A stretch of DNA of 64,000 nt from Octopus vulgaris (Eukaryota): NCBI GenBank assembly GCA_951406725.2, contig OX597815.1, positions 204,476,001 through 204,540,000 on the forward strand. The letters run 5' to 3'. Positions 28,625-42,854 of the stretch are shown here, piece after piece. How positions within the stretch are numbered: the stretch's first letter is position 1; each line of letters opens with the position of its first letter. The notes under the pieces were generated by a model. It had not been told where the DNA came from and ran no database searches. It worked only from the letters and a program-made list of their open reading frames with translations. Position numbers and translations under genes: made by a program.

Positions 28625-28849
28625 TACTTTATTGCCCACAGGGTCATAGAGGGGAAAAACAAGGACAGACAAAGGGCTTAAGATGATTACATTGACCACA
28701 GTGCGTAACTGGTAATTATTTAATCGACCCCGAAAAGATAGAAGGCAAAGTCGATCTCGGCGGTGCTTGAACTCAGAACGTAACAGCAGACGAAATACTG
28801 CTATGCATTTCGCCAGGCGTGCTAACGATTCTGCCAGATCGCCACCCTG
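28625..28849 (-). mobile_element. SINE family A
   Basis: Family body; imperfect TSD cgaagtgtaa.tatt. Confidence 0.75.
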
Positions 28850-28959
28850 CGAAGTGTAACTATTGATGAGTTGATATGTGGTTTTAATGAATAAACAAAC
28901 ATTTTTCTCTCTTTTTTTTTTTCTCTCCTTGTTTCTCTCCTTGTTTTTTCTCTGTGTCC

Positions 28960-28995
28960 CTTTCTGTAGAAGAGCGTAGGCTCGAAACGTAAAAT
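28960..28995 (+). ncRNA. Hammerhead motif, A6U variant (third copy)
   Basis: cttt-CTGTAGA-a-gagc(gtag)gctc-GAAA-cg-TA-aaa. Confidence 0.5.
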
Positions 28996-29116
28996 ACTTT
29001 TTCTATTCCTGAGCTCTATACTAATACATTTGTTTGTTTGTACACCACCTGCCTTCGTCTTTTGTTTATTTTCGTAAACTTTCCCATTACATATATAGAT
29101 GCATACACACACACAC

Positions 29117-29217
<101 letters not shown>

Positions 29218-29641
29218 TAGATGTAGATAGATACCTACATGCATGCATACCTACATTTACATAAATGAATATTTGTATTGAATAACAGATCCTCATCATT
29301 GTCAAATCTGTGACGCAAATGGTTTTCCATTACATCGTGTATGTATATATATATATATATATATATTAATCAATATAGGGTGGCAAAAAAAAATTTTGTA
29401 GAATTTTTTTGCCACCAGCGGCCTAGTGGGAAAAAAATTAAATAGTCATAGACCATTTATAAGTTCAACATCACAATCAAGGATTGATTAAACAGTAGAT
29501 GAAACGGTGCATCGTATAAGAAATTACAGGGTAAATGTTTTTAATTTTCTCCTGGTTTGCGGAATTAATGTTATTTTGCGGTTGAAGCTTTGGCTGTTAT
29601 TTCTAGTGGGTGAATGGCCTATTATGGCCGTTCCTTGATTG

Positions 29642-29707
<66 letters not shown>

Positions 29708-29994
29708 TCAAATCTGAAAAGTTTATTAGTTACCTGCCTCTATAGTATTATGCTTTACAATACAATAATAGAAAAAAATGACTAGATTTTCATTTTCAAA
29801 AGCAACTAAACCATTTAGACTGCATATTTTACGTAATGTACAGCGTGCTGTTTCTCTATTTCTTAACCCCCGAATACTTTGATTACGCGCACGTTCACGC
29901 ACAAACGTATGTATCTATAGACATGTGTGTATGTATGTGTGTGTGGGGGGGGGTTATAAATATTTTGTATTATTCTCCCTTGTATACGCCTCTG

Positions 29995-30400
29995 AAATTT
30001 GGACATCACTTCGGACTCCTAGAACGATTCAATCATAAATGCCCCCAACTTTGATGTTCTAGCTGCATCTGGTATTTGTTCCAGCCTGGCGATAATTTTG
30101 AAAAATCAGCTGTCATGATACGGACATATTGTCAGTATGGCCGACGAGCGTACCCCTTAACAATTGTTCTATGGGGAAGTGGTTCAGAGAAGAAAAGGAA
30201 ACAGTGTAAGCCAAAGAAAAGGTTCAAGGATGCATTGAAGGGGATCTTGAAGAGTGTAGGAATTAATCAAAAATCTGAAAAGCCACGTAGTGGTACCTGC
30301 CATTCAAAAATTATGGATTAGCATGAAAACCTTTGAGCACAACAGGCTAATACAGGTAAATATTAAGAGGAAAATAAAAGACTGCTAGTTAGGGAATGTG
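29995..30400 (+). mobile_element. RTE-clade LINE 3' remnant
   Basis: PLTIVLWGS..KRKQCKPKKRFKDALKGILKSVGI. Confidence 0.55.
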
Positions 30401-30437
30401 AACCTGGAAGGTTTTATACTTGTACATTATGTGCGAT

Positions 30438-30682
30438 GGAGGCGCGTGGCTTAGTGGTTAGGGTGTCAGCATCATGATCGTAAGATTGTGGTTTCGATTC
30501 CTGGACCGGGCGACGCGTTGTGTTCTTGAGCAAAACACTTCATTTTACGTTGCTCCAGTCCACCCAGCAGGCAAAAATGAGTAACGCTGTGATGGACCGG
30601 TGTCCCGTCCAGCTGGGGGAACACATACGCCATTGAAACCGGGAAACTGGGCCCACGAGTCTGGCTAGGCTTTAAAAGGGCA
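30438..30682 (+). mobile_element. tRNA-derived SINE family C
   Basis: A/B boxes tggcttagtgg / ggtttcgattcc, gtgttcttgagcaaaacact, gatggaccggtgtcccgtccag. Confidence 0.75.
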
Positions 30683-30931
30683 TTGGTCGACCTGAAGCTA
30701 TAGTAGAAGAAACCTGCCCAAAGTACCATGCAAGGGAATTGAACCTGGAACCATGTGGTTGGAAAGCAAGCTTCTTGCCACACAGCCACGCCTGCGTCTA
30801 AACACGTAATAGGGAGTAGTAAAACAGTCGACAACTGAGTAGGAGTTAGACTTCTTTTGGTATTTTGTCCAGCACTTATCTCTATGTTTACGTATTTATC
30901 ACACGTTGGTAATGTCCTGTACTTAATGTGT

Positions 30932-30963
<32 letters not shown>

Positions 30964-31482
30964 TACGCACACACACACACATTTAAAAAACGAAAAGAAT
31001 TACTTTACTGGTAATTCTAATCAGTTTAATGTTTTTAATGATATGATTTTACAGTTTGGTTTGTAGATCTAGTAAGTTCTTTATTAACTTCAGTGGAGAG
31101 ATTTTATTAAAGATTCCTTGTTAGCTTTTCTGGAGAACTTCCACGCATTCGTCGATGGAGATTGTCAAACCGATGTCAGGTTGTGTTGTGCTGTGCGATT
31201 CTATATATAAGAGATTTGGGTGTATCTGGGGTGGGGTGGGGTTTGTTAATAAGCGTGGGAGTGAAGTAGTGTTGATGAACACGGGCTGAAAGAAGATAGT
31301 GAATGGTAAGAACAATTAATTCAGAGTGGAGTTGGAAAGTGGTGGGGCTGTTTAAGGAGTGTTTTACGAAGGGTTTGTGAAGGTGCCCTCCTACTGGTTC
31401 CGTTTGGATAGTTAACCTTCGGTGAAAAATATAATGGTCAGATGATTTTCAAATTCTACTCTTATGGCTGAATTAGCTATCT

Positions 31483-31900
31483 TTTTTCTTTATTGCGCGC
31501 AAGGGGCTAAACATAGAGGGGACAAACAAGGACAGACAAAGCGATTAAGTCGATTACATCGACCCCAGTGCGTAACTGGTACTTATTTAATCGACCCTGA
31601 AAGGATGAAAGGCAAAGACAACCTCGGCGGAATTTGAATTCAGAACGCAGCAGCAGACGAAATACCTATTTCTTTACTACCCACAAGGGGCTAAACACAG
31701 AGGGGACAAACAAGGACAGACAAAGCGATTAAGTCGATTACATCGACCCCAGTGCGTAAGTGGTACTTATTTAATCGACCCCGAAAGGATGAAAGGCAAA
31801 GACAACCTCGGCGGAATTTGAACTCAGAACGTAACGGCAGAGGAAATACTGCTAAGCATTTCGCCCGCCGTGCTAACGTTTCTGCCAGCTCGCCGCCTTC
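31483..31900 (-). mobile_element. SINE family A, dimeric
   Basis: Two units; TSD attagctatctt. Confidence 0.85.
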
Positions 31901-32489
31901 TCTGGATTAGCTATCTTAATTTCATAAAGAGAAGCTTCACTAATTTTCTATGTTAAAATGAGTTTAGGTGTGTGTCTGAGGGTGGGGTTGTTGTTAATGA
32001 GGTGTAAGATACACATCTTTTGATAAAAAGATGATGGCAGACAGTAAAAACATTATAAGGTTAGTTTTGGAATATTTGTTGACAGAAATATATTTTTTTA
32101 TATTGGTTTGGGAGAAGTGGGAGGAGATCATGTTAGCTCACATATTTACTTCCCTTCATATAAACATACAAAAAGTATATATACATATTTATATATATAT
32201 ATATACACATATATACGCATACATACATGCACATACATATATACATATACATCTATATATATATATATATCTACACGCATATATACAAACATATATGCAT
32301 ACATACACGCACACACATGTATACATATATATACACACATACACGCATATACTTACATATATATACATATAGACTTACATATATACACACACACATATAC
32401 CCATATACCCATATACATACATATATATATGTGTGTATACATATATATACATACACATGTATACATATGTTCATTTTCACTGAAAGAAT

Positions 32490-33520
32490 AGCGGTGTGCC
32501 GGGCCAATTTGTAAATCATAATTCATCCCTGCCCATCGGAGTTACGATTACCTACAGAAGAAACGAGATCCACGTGATACTCAGTAATTGCAGCGAGACA
32601 GGAAGCAAAAACACCAACACCATGCAATTCCAAAAAGTCCTGATGGAGAATCATTTTCCATATTCTTTCACTAAACCTCAGGATATAACCGGACCACTAG
32701 CAAAATTACACATTCAATGATAACGTGTTTTATGAAACTGCTACATTTTGCCGAAAAAAACAACTGATGTAATCCACCCTACAATTTCTAATGAGGGGTT
32801 GAACATATGTCTAGCACATTCCAGAGCTTACCTGAAGAAAGTCTTAACTAAAAATAGGCCAAGAGAAAACAACATCTTATTTACATTGCCCAATTGCCCG
32901 ATCAAAGATGGATAATGTGTCTGCGGTCCTACGTAGATTATAACATCTTGTGTGGCAAATTACATCATAAGTACCATCAAACAAGTTCTCATACAGGTTA
33001 AAGGACACCTCTATACTATTGCTTCTTCGGTCAAAAAGCACCTACTTAAATGTCTCACTCAGGACATCCAAGTCACCAAGGAAACTACAGAAAAAAGTTT
33101 GGTAACTTGAGAATGAACGGTGCTATTTTAATCAACATGCACAGCCCGTGAGGAAATAATAGATCACAACGGCATGCAGCCGATTAGATACGACAGCAAT
33201 GCAAACTAACTCTACAAACGCACACATTATAGAGCAGAAGAGTCACCAACCAATAATTTCTCTTCGTAGATTTCTTGAAAAGGGAGGTCCCAAACACGAA
33301 ATATTAAAATACTAGGTAATGGTGCTAACCATCGATTTGTATTATCAATTTATATACCTTGCGTTGTTTTTATTAAAAAAGTTAAAACACACATACACAA
33401 TATATGTATATACATATATTGTGTATGTGTGTTTTGACTTTTTTAATAAAAAAACAACGCAAGGTATATAAATTGATAATACAAATCGATGGTTAGCACT
33501 ATTACCTAGTATTTTAATAT
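32490..33520 (+). mobile_element. Decayed PLE (RT thumb and GIY-YIG traces) ending in a 220-bp palindrome
   Basis: NEIHVILSNCS...FQKVLMENHFP; C.ANYI.ST...VKGHL...VKKHLLKC; palindrome 33301-33520. Confidence 0.5.
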
Positions 33521-34433
33521 GTATGTATATACATACATACATGTGTGTGTGTGTTTGTGAGTTTGTGAGTGTGTATGTATGTATATGCTCATTCAAAATG
33601 GAGACGACTACCAAAATTCCCATGTGGCAGGCTTGATAATTGTAAAGAGATAGCTTTTTTTCTTTACATAAAAGCTTTGATAGCCTTGTTAACCCACAAA
33701 ATTAAGTATGTAAAAAATTAAGAATGTAATTATAAACCACTATTATTCAATTCAAACAATGATAGACATAAACCAAATCATGAATAAAAAATAAAATATA
33801 TTTTAAAACATATAACTAGATCACAAAAAGTACAAAAATGAATAAACAATATATAAGTAAAAAGACTACGTACGTTTGATGGCTATAATTTTAATTTGAA
33901 TTACAATTAAATTTAAATTTAATCGAAAAACAATTCAATTTAAAATTATAGTCACTCCTCAGGTCAACAACAATAGTTAAATAATCAAATAGAATTAAAC
34001 AATATTTCTTAAAGAAATAAAATCATGATTGTTCTTATAGAAGAAATTCCATTAACTAAATTTGAAACTTAAAACATTAGGACCAGTTGCCTGCAATACA
34101 TTTATCATGTTAAATATTTAAGGTAAACAAATAGAGCAAATAGGTAGAAAGATGTAATTATCTGTGAAGATACAATTTAGCTTTAATAAAAAAAACATTA
34201 ATAAAATATAGAATATCTTTAACCTAGCTATACTCAAATATTTAATTACCAAACTATTTTACAAAACAATCACACTTAATATTTTTTGATTTTAGTTCAG
34301 ATATTATATATTGCTTATTCATTTTTGTACATTTTGTGATCTAGTTATATGTTTTAAAATATGTTTTATTTTGGTTTATGTCTATCATTGTTTGAATTGC
34401 ATAATAGTGGTTTTCTCAATTTACATATATATA

Positions 34434-34486
<53 letters not shown>

Positions 34487-34677
34487 CATTTTATAAGGTT
34501 AGTAAAATAAATACTTTGCCACATACTGAACTCTAATGAGTTCAGTATGTGCAAAGTAATTTATTTTACTAAGCTTTATAAAATGTAATATTTTGAATTC
34601 GCCTTAAATGGTCCCTTTACATACTGAATACTTGGTGAAATTGATTAATAATTAATTAATTTTACCCTCAATTGTTG

Positions 34678-34721
<44 letters not shown>

Positions 34722-35532
34722 CATGGTGACTGCTTGCTTCTTATACAGAGTTTGACTACCGCTTGTACTGATACCTTAGATCTATCATGGCGTCTGATGT
34801 GGCTTTTTAAACTTGAGAGTGTTTTGAAAAGACACCCACATAAATTGCATATCTGCTTTGGACCGTCAAGAGCTGCAGTTAAGTTCTGATCTTTGTGGAT
34901 CTTAAAATGTTTTTTCAGGTCACCACAGCATTAACGGGTATGCACAGATAGACAGGTAGAGTAGTTAGTAGAGATTTGTTTTTCATGGGTCCTCTAATGA
35001 GATTTAAGCCCAGCAAAAGAAAAGCATGGTCTGTCACAAATTGTGCGCACAAAAAGATTGTTGGGATTCATTTTCTCCTTGATCGTATTATTTTTCTTTA
35101 AATTTCTTTTGAGTTTCGCATGGGTTATCCTGGTTTCTTCAAAGGCTTTCACTCCACTCCACACTTTTGTTCGCCATCCAACTCGATCCGAAGCATTGAT
35201 TTATATGGCCTTTGGATCCATTCCAAGTGACTTCATATTAGTTCTTATACAGTCCTTAAACCTCATACAATTTTTTTTTCTTCGGAACTGATGGGAATTA
35301 CTTTATTCAGCGTAATGTAGAGTACATAGTGTGTGTGTGTATGTACACACACACGCACACATATATGCATGTATGTATGTATGTGTGTGTGTATGTATGT
35401 ATGTGAGCACATATGTAAGATTGGTTTTAAAATATTTATGACATCACTATTTCTATATTCCTTTTCATTGTTTTATCTCTTCTTTCTCGTTCATTCTGCT
35501 GCTATATTTAGCGGAACAGGAAGGTTATATAA

Positions 35533-35564
<32 letters not shown>

Positions 35565-36880
35565 TACACTTGACATGGAATAAAGTAATTCCCATGAATT
35601 ACTTTATTCAATCGGTTCTGACGAAATAATCGCCAATGCTATTATACATTACTATTACATTACATAATATGTGTGACTAAACAGTTGCTATCATCAATGT
35701 GTTTCGACGTGATGTGTGAGTGCTCACTTCAGTCTTTGAAACAATAGTAAACGACAGAAGAACTTAAGAACTTTATATTATAAATTCCACTCTTCATGTA
35801 CTTGTTGTTCTTTACGACAGTAGTAAACATTTCAGATTTTCCGTTTGGTCGAAATCTGACCTTCCACAGGACAAAATTCTTTTCTACGCAACTTCAGACT
35901 CCCACCAATTGTTGAGTGTTCCCTGTCACAGGCAACTGGATAGCGTAATCGCGCCTTACTCACTATATATGAATGTCTAAATTCATCGCTATCATCATTG
36001 GCTATAAACATGAAGTGTGATTTGTTACCTCAACTTGTTGAAACAATTGAAATAATTGAATAAAGGTTATATCATAAACTCCGCACTTCCCATATTCACT
36101 CACTGCGATGGTTGTAAACTTTAAGGATTTTCGTCTATCCACATGCTTAGACGAGATTTGTTGCTTTCGATATGTAGCAAAACAGTGAAAATGTTCACTG
36201 GTAATCGATTGTTGAACAAAACGGTTATACCACTCATACAGTTAATATATTGTCAGAGAGGTCGACTTATTTTCTCTGTTCGCTTTCTAATGTATGTCAC
36301 TGAATCTTTGTATTGTAGTTGCTATAATGTACGGAGGAGTTGTGGCTTCCATTGCTCTCCTTATATCGACCTTTATATCTATATTCTGTTAATACTATCC
36401 TACTATTTTACACTCTGTTACTCTCTATTCTACCGCCCCATGATACTGAATGTGCTTTGCATAGCTGGAATATATTTGAGCAAGCATTTTACTAAACTTT
36501 GTATTTTTTAAGCGAATGCTGAGAAGGTGAATCGACTGTATTACACCATCTAGCGCATTGCTTGTGTAATAATGACAGAGTATTAACTAAAACACGTGGA
36601 TGTTTTACAAAACTTAAAATACCAAATACTTAGTATCTCATGGACGTTAACATTCTCTTTTAATTGTAGACTTTTTATTTCAATCTTTCTATTCTTCATA
36701 ACTCTTCTTACATTTTCTCTCTCCTATTCTCACAACAATTCTCTTCTTCCCCCCCCCCCACTCTCACTCTCGCTCACTCAATTTCTCTCTGCCACTCTTT
36801 GGTCATTCTTGCTTTTCTTTTAATGCTACACTTGACACGCCCTTTCTCCTTAATTAAGGCATCTCAGTGAATATCATACC

Positions 36881-37110
36881 TATTTCTTTACTACCCACAA
36901 GGGGCTAAACATAGAGGGGAGAAACAAGGACAGACAAATGGATTAAGTCGATTACATCGAGTCCAGTGCGTAACTGGTACTTAATTTATCGACCCCGAAA
37001 GGATGAAAGGCAAAGTCGACCTCGGCGGAATTTGAACTCAGAACGTAGCGGCAGACGAAATACGGCTACGCATTTCGCCCGGCGTGCTAACGTTTCTGCC
37101 AGCTCGCGGC
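36881..37110 (-). mobile_element. SINE family A monomer
   Basis: 18-bp TSD ctcagtgaatatcatacc at 36863-36880 and 37111-37128. Confidence 0.9.
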
Positions 37111-37274
37111 CTCAGTGAATATCATACCGTTTATTGCTACCTAGATTTGAATACAATCCTACATTTTAGACAAGATACAACATTATCCATCTTTTATCTT
37201 GCCTAAGATATTAACATTGGAGACATAACTGATTTTATCTTGTAGTCTAGATGCCTTTTTGTCTGTTCAATACC

Positions 37275-37534
37275 TATTTCTTTATTACCCACAAGGGGCT
37301 AAACATAGAAGGGACAAACAGGGACAGACATAGGTATTAAGTCGATTACATCGACCCCTGTGCGTAGCTGGTACTTTATTTATCGACCCCGAAAGGATGA
37401 AAGGCAAAGTCGACCTCGGCGGAATTTGAACTCACAACGTAACGGCAGACGAAATACGGCTACGCATTTCGCTAGGCATGCTAACGTTTCTGCCAGCTCG
37501 CTGCCTTTTCCTGCCAGCTCGCCGCCTTTTACTC
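37275..37534 (-). mobile_element. SINE family A monomer
   Basis: 15-bp TSD tgtctgttcaatacc at 37260-37274 and 37535-37549. Confidence 0.9.
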
Positions 37535-38015
37535 TGTCTGTTCAATACCCTTACTTCGTACCTTTCTCTAATCATGTCACTGCGGTTGTTTCCTCGTTAC
37601 GACATTATAAGCACCCACTGATTGTATCTATAACCGTGACTATCCCCGTGCAAGCGTATAGCATTGTTCAAAGCACACGATGAAGTAACTGGTTGGGTTT
37701 CATTTGATGTTGCGAGAGATTGCGTAATCATTGTTTATATTTGTTCAAGCAAGCTGGATAATGTAATTAACCTACTTGTTATAGAAACCATCACAACCGC
37801 ATAACAAACCTGATAACCATAGTATCCTAACTTCATTTGTTTTACGATATACTCAACAAGTGAAAATTCAGAATTTTCTATTTGTGCCCTATACTCTGGA
37901 TAAACTGGATTGTTTTACTCTTCTGCACATCATGTTAACCGGGAGGTTGCAGAGTTGACAGATAACCCTCAGGACCCCACTAATCTCCTTTTACGTATCA
38001 CGCGCTCGGGGGTGG

Positions 38016-38071
<56 letters not shown>

Positions 38072-38189
38072 TATGCGCGCGCGTAGTTGTATGCATGCGT
38101 CTTCGTATCTGCACCTTTGCGCCTTGCGCATATACGTTTAGATTTATCTATCTATCTATCCATATATATATATATATATATATATATAT

Positions 38190-38855
38190 CAATTAAGGGA
38201 CGATACAACCTGGAGCCAACGGATTAGCAAAGAAACTCTCTTTATTACAAAGTAAAGGCCCCTTCTGAACGCGTCTACGACAAACGACATATCCACCTCG
38301 GCCTAAGAATAACACAAATACACACGCAAATATTAAGTTCCTAAGAATTCATTAAAAAACAGCCCCAATCACTGCTATAATCCATAACGTACCAACTTTA
38401 AGTCATTTAACACCTCACTACAACTTTATGACTAATGCTTTTTAGAATAACACCTACATAAATTCTATAAACAAAACATTCAAAAGAAATATTTTCATGA
38501 ATTGAACAGGGATTAATACCATCCACTGACCATTCAGAATTCTACAATCATGGCACTCCCAAATTCTTCGTTTTCTTCCTCTTCTTCTCCTCCTCCTTCT
38601 TTTTCCCTACCTAGAATTCACAACGACCTCGAACCCACAAGAGTAAACAAGAGAGACAGAGACAGGCAGAAACAAGGAAAATGTCCCTTGTATTTGAACA
38701 CTATACAGATATTCTTTTAAAAAAACTTTTCTTTTAATTTTTCTAAATTTAATTATTTAATCGTTATAGTTGAAAAAGTCTGAATGACTGAAACCGGTAC
38801 TGAAATGTTCTTTATAAAATTATTTTAGCATTTTCTATCTTGACTTGTTTTTCCA
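38190..38855 (+). mobile_element. 3' fragment of the PLE family seen at 10149-11060, flanked by (TA)n
   Basis: RDDTTWSQRISKETLFITK*RPLLNAS; pLTR with U3-A8 hammerhead at 38767-38802. Confidence 0.7.
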
Positions 38856-39435
38856 TATATATATATATAGATTATATATATATACATATTCTTGAGTACA
38901 TTTTTTATAGGAAGGTGTGCTTGAGTCTGACTGTGTGTGTTTGCGTGCGTGCTTGTGTGTGTGTGTGCGTGCTTGTGTATGTGCATATGCGTGTATGCTT
39001 GTGTGTGTGTGTATGTGTGTGTGTATTTGTGTGTGTGTGTGCGTGTGTGTATGTGTGTATGTGTGTGTGTGTGTACAAAGGAATGCTTTTATTTTATATT
39101 TTATCTTTTTGGTGACTAGAGAAAATTTTGACTGGTGTTAATTGCAGCCTGTTTTTATATAGTTACAATAATTAGTTTAGATAATCTACTCAATCGTAGA
39201 CATGTTTCTATTACTCGCCATATTGCCATTTTACTTATTAACAGACTTTATGTGTTTTTTCTCTATTATACAGATTTTAATCTAGTGTAACGATCATGCA
39301 TACTTCCTTATTGCTTATAATGCTTCTGATGAAGTGGCGCTCTCGTTAATGGTTGCGTACAAATGAATTTACGTAATCACTAAGATACTTGTAATAATGT
39401 TATTAGTAAATCATTCCCGAATTATTTTGTTTGCC

Positions 39436-39823
<388 letters not shown>

Positions 39824-40458
39824 ATAATAACAAAGGGTGAAACTAATTAATTAAGAAGTAATCAATAATTTCACCAAGTAGAATTCGGCATGAAAAAAGA
39901 CCATTTTATGGTAAGTTTAAGTAATATAATACTATATAATTAGGGTTCAGCAACGATTTGCTTCACCACACACCGAAGTTTAGAAATAGCAGTCAAAAAA
40001 TCTTAGCTATTCCTTCTACTTTAAAAACCAAAGCACTTGAAAAACAAACCACGCAGGCAGCCTGAGTGGTTTGTTTTTCAAGTGCTTTGGCTTTTCTGGG
40101 AACTCCCTTTAAAGTAGAAGGAATAGCTAAGATTTTTTGACTGCTATTTCTAAACTTCGGTGTGTGGTGAAGCAAATCGTTGCTGAACCCTAATTATATA
40201 GTATTACTTATACATATTTCACGTTGCTCCAGTTCACTCAGCTGTAGAAATGAGTTGCGACGTCACTGGTGCCAAGCTGTATCGACCTTTGTCTTTCCCT
40301 TGGATAACACTGGTGGCGTGGGGAGGGGAGGGTGGTATGCATGGGCGACTGCTGGCCTTCCATAAACAACCTTGCCCGGACTTGTGTCTAGGAGGGTAAC
40401 TTTCTAGGTGCAATCCCATGGTCATTCATGATCGAAGGGGATCTTTACCCTTTTACTT

Positions 40459-40511
<53 letters not shown>

Positions 40512-40512
<1 letters not shown>

Positions 40513-41748
40513 GAGGGGCGTTCAATAAGTAATGCCCCTGACCCACTTCCCATAGCAGTAGAGCAACGAAACTTGGCACAGTTATTAGTCTTTTTCTACA
40601 TAGGAACCACTCAGAGTTACGTATTTCTCCCATCATTTGATGCAGCTCTGGAGACCGTTTTTGTAGAAGACCCCAGCTTGGTCCTCCAACCACGACGTGA
40701 CTTCAGAAATCAAGGCTGCATCATCTGGGAAACTCTTTCCTTTCAAAAACAACTTCATGACTGGGAAGAGGTGAAAATCAGAGGGTGCTTCTGATCTGGC
40801 AACACGCGAGTTGTGAACCGGAGCGTTGTCCTGCAGGAGGAGGATGCCTTTGCTGATCTTGCTCCGCCTCTTGATTTTGATAGCTTCTCTTAATTTCCTC
40901 AAAAGTGAAGCATAATAGGCCCCTGTAATTGTGGTACCCTTTGCCAGGAAATCTGTCATCACTACTCCGTCCTGGTCCCAGAAGACTGTGAGCATGACCT
41001 TGCCAGCGGAGGGCTGCACCCTTGCCTTCTTTGGAGGAGGTGAGTCACCGTGCTTCCACTGCATTGACTGGGCTTTGGTCTCTGGATCATAGTGATGGAC
41101 TCAGGTTTCATCCTGTGTAATCAGTCTTTTGAAAAATTTTGACTCATCTTCTTGGCACATCTCCAAATTCATCCTCGAGCACTCGACGCGTTCTTACTTC
41201 TCGAAAGGTGTGAGCAACTTGGGAATCCATCTGGCAGACACCTTTTGCATATGCAAATGGTCATGAATGATAGTTTCCACAGACCCGGTACTGATCTTGA
41301 CCTCATGGGCTATTTGGCGAATAGTTATGCGTCGATCTTCCAAAATAGCAGCCTCAACTTGACGGACAGATGCCTCATCAATGGCAGAAGGGGGCAACCA
41401 GATCTGGGAGCTGTTTCCACAGAGTTCCGACCATGTTTGAATTCACGATGCCAGCATTTTACAAGGTCATATGATGGGGCATCATCACCATAAGTTACTT
41501 TCATTTCATCAAAAGTCTCCCGTGGTGTGCGTCCTTTCAAATACAAAAACCGGATCACTGCTCGACACTCAACAGGCTCCATTTCACACTTGACTCAGTT
41601 CAAACATCTGTAAATCAGAAACCACAATTAGTTCAGAGCTGTAATTTGCCACTTAGTCTATAAAGATATAAATAATTGCACATGCAAAATTTCAGCTAGA
41701 TCAAACAATTGCGACTGGGTTAGAGGCATTACTTATTGAACGTCCCTC

Positions 41749-41749
<1 letters not shown>
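40512..41749 (-). mobile_element. Mariner transposon, near full length, frameshifted, inserted in (TA)n
   Basis: TIR cgaggggcgttcaataagtaatgcc / ggcattacttattgaacgtccctcg; MEPVECRAVIRFLYLKG, WIPKLLT, QDNAPVH, APSDFHLF. Confidence 0.92.
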
Positions 41750-41803
<54 letters not shown>

Positions 41804-41814
41804 CATATATATAC

Positions 41815-41882
<68 letters not shown>

Positions 41883-42233
41883 ACGTGTGTATGTATGTAC
41901 ATATATGTATACGTGTATATATATAAACATATATATAACGTATGGTATAATTATAAACAGGGCAAATTTTAACCATTTCTCTGCAGACTGAAGAAAAATG
42001 ATGAACAACCTTAATCGATTTTCGAACCTAAGTGGGTTCGCATTAGAGGCGTGCATATCATTTTGACAATCTCCAGTAAAGCAACCAACCAAACTGTTTA
42101 GATACTCAACAACTGCAGCAAATTAGGGAATCTATGAAGGATTCCCTAATTTGCATACCGAAAGTGTTTAACACTCTATAAATACCAGCTTATATAATAG
42201 ATAGAAATAATGAGTTATATAGATTTGCTTATT

Positions 42234-42378
42234 ATAGGCGCAGGAGTGGCTGTGTGGTAAGTAGCTTGCTTACCAACCACATGGTTCCGGGTTCAGTCTC
42301 ACTGCGTGGCACCTTGAGCAAGTGTCTTCTACTATAGCCTCGGGCTGACCAAAGCCTTGTGAGTGGATTTGGTAGACG
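42234..42378 (+). mobile_element. SINE family D, 5' part
   Basis: ataggcgcaggagtggctgtgtggtaag head. Confidence 0.8.
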
Positions 42379-42449
42379 AGGCTGATAACATCATAAAACT
42401 TGGAAGGCAGCTCCTTGAGCAACACTCTTTGTCTGATAACCGAGAATAC

Positions 42450-42853
42450 ATACTCTTTTACTCTTTTACTCTTTTACTTGTTTCAGTCATTTGACTGCGG
42501 CCATGCTAGTGCACCGCCTTTAGTCGAGCAACTCGACCCCGGGACTTATTCTTTTGTAAGCTCAGTACTTATTCTATCGGTTTTTTTTGCCGAACCGCTA
42601 AGTAACGGGGACATAAACACACCAGCATCGGTTGTCAAGCAATGCTAGGGGGACAAATACAAACAGAAACACACACACGCATATATATATACATATATAC
42701 GACGGGATTCTTTCAGTTTCCGTCCACCAAGGCTTTGGTCGGCCCGAGGCTATAGTAGAAGACACTTGTCCAAGGTGCCACGCAGTGGGACTGAACCCGG
42801 AACCATGTGGCTGGTAAACAAGATACTTACCACACAGCCACTCCTGCGCCTAT
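42450..42853 (-). mobile_element. SINE family D
   Basis: Full body with (TAAAAGAG)n-like tail. Confidence 0.85.
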
Positions 42854-42854
42854 G

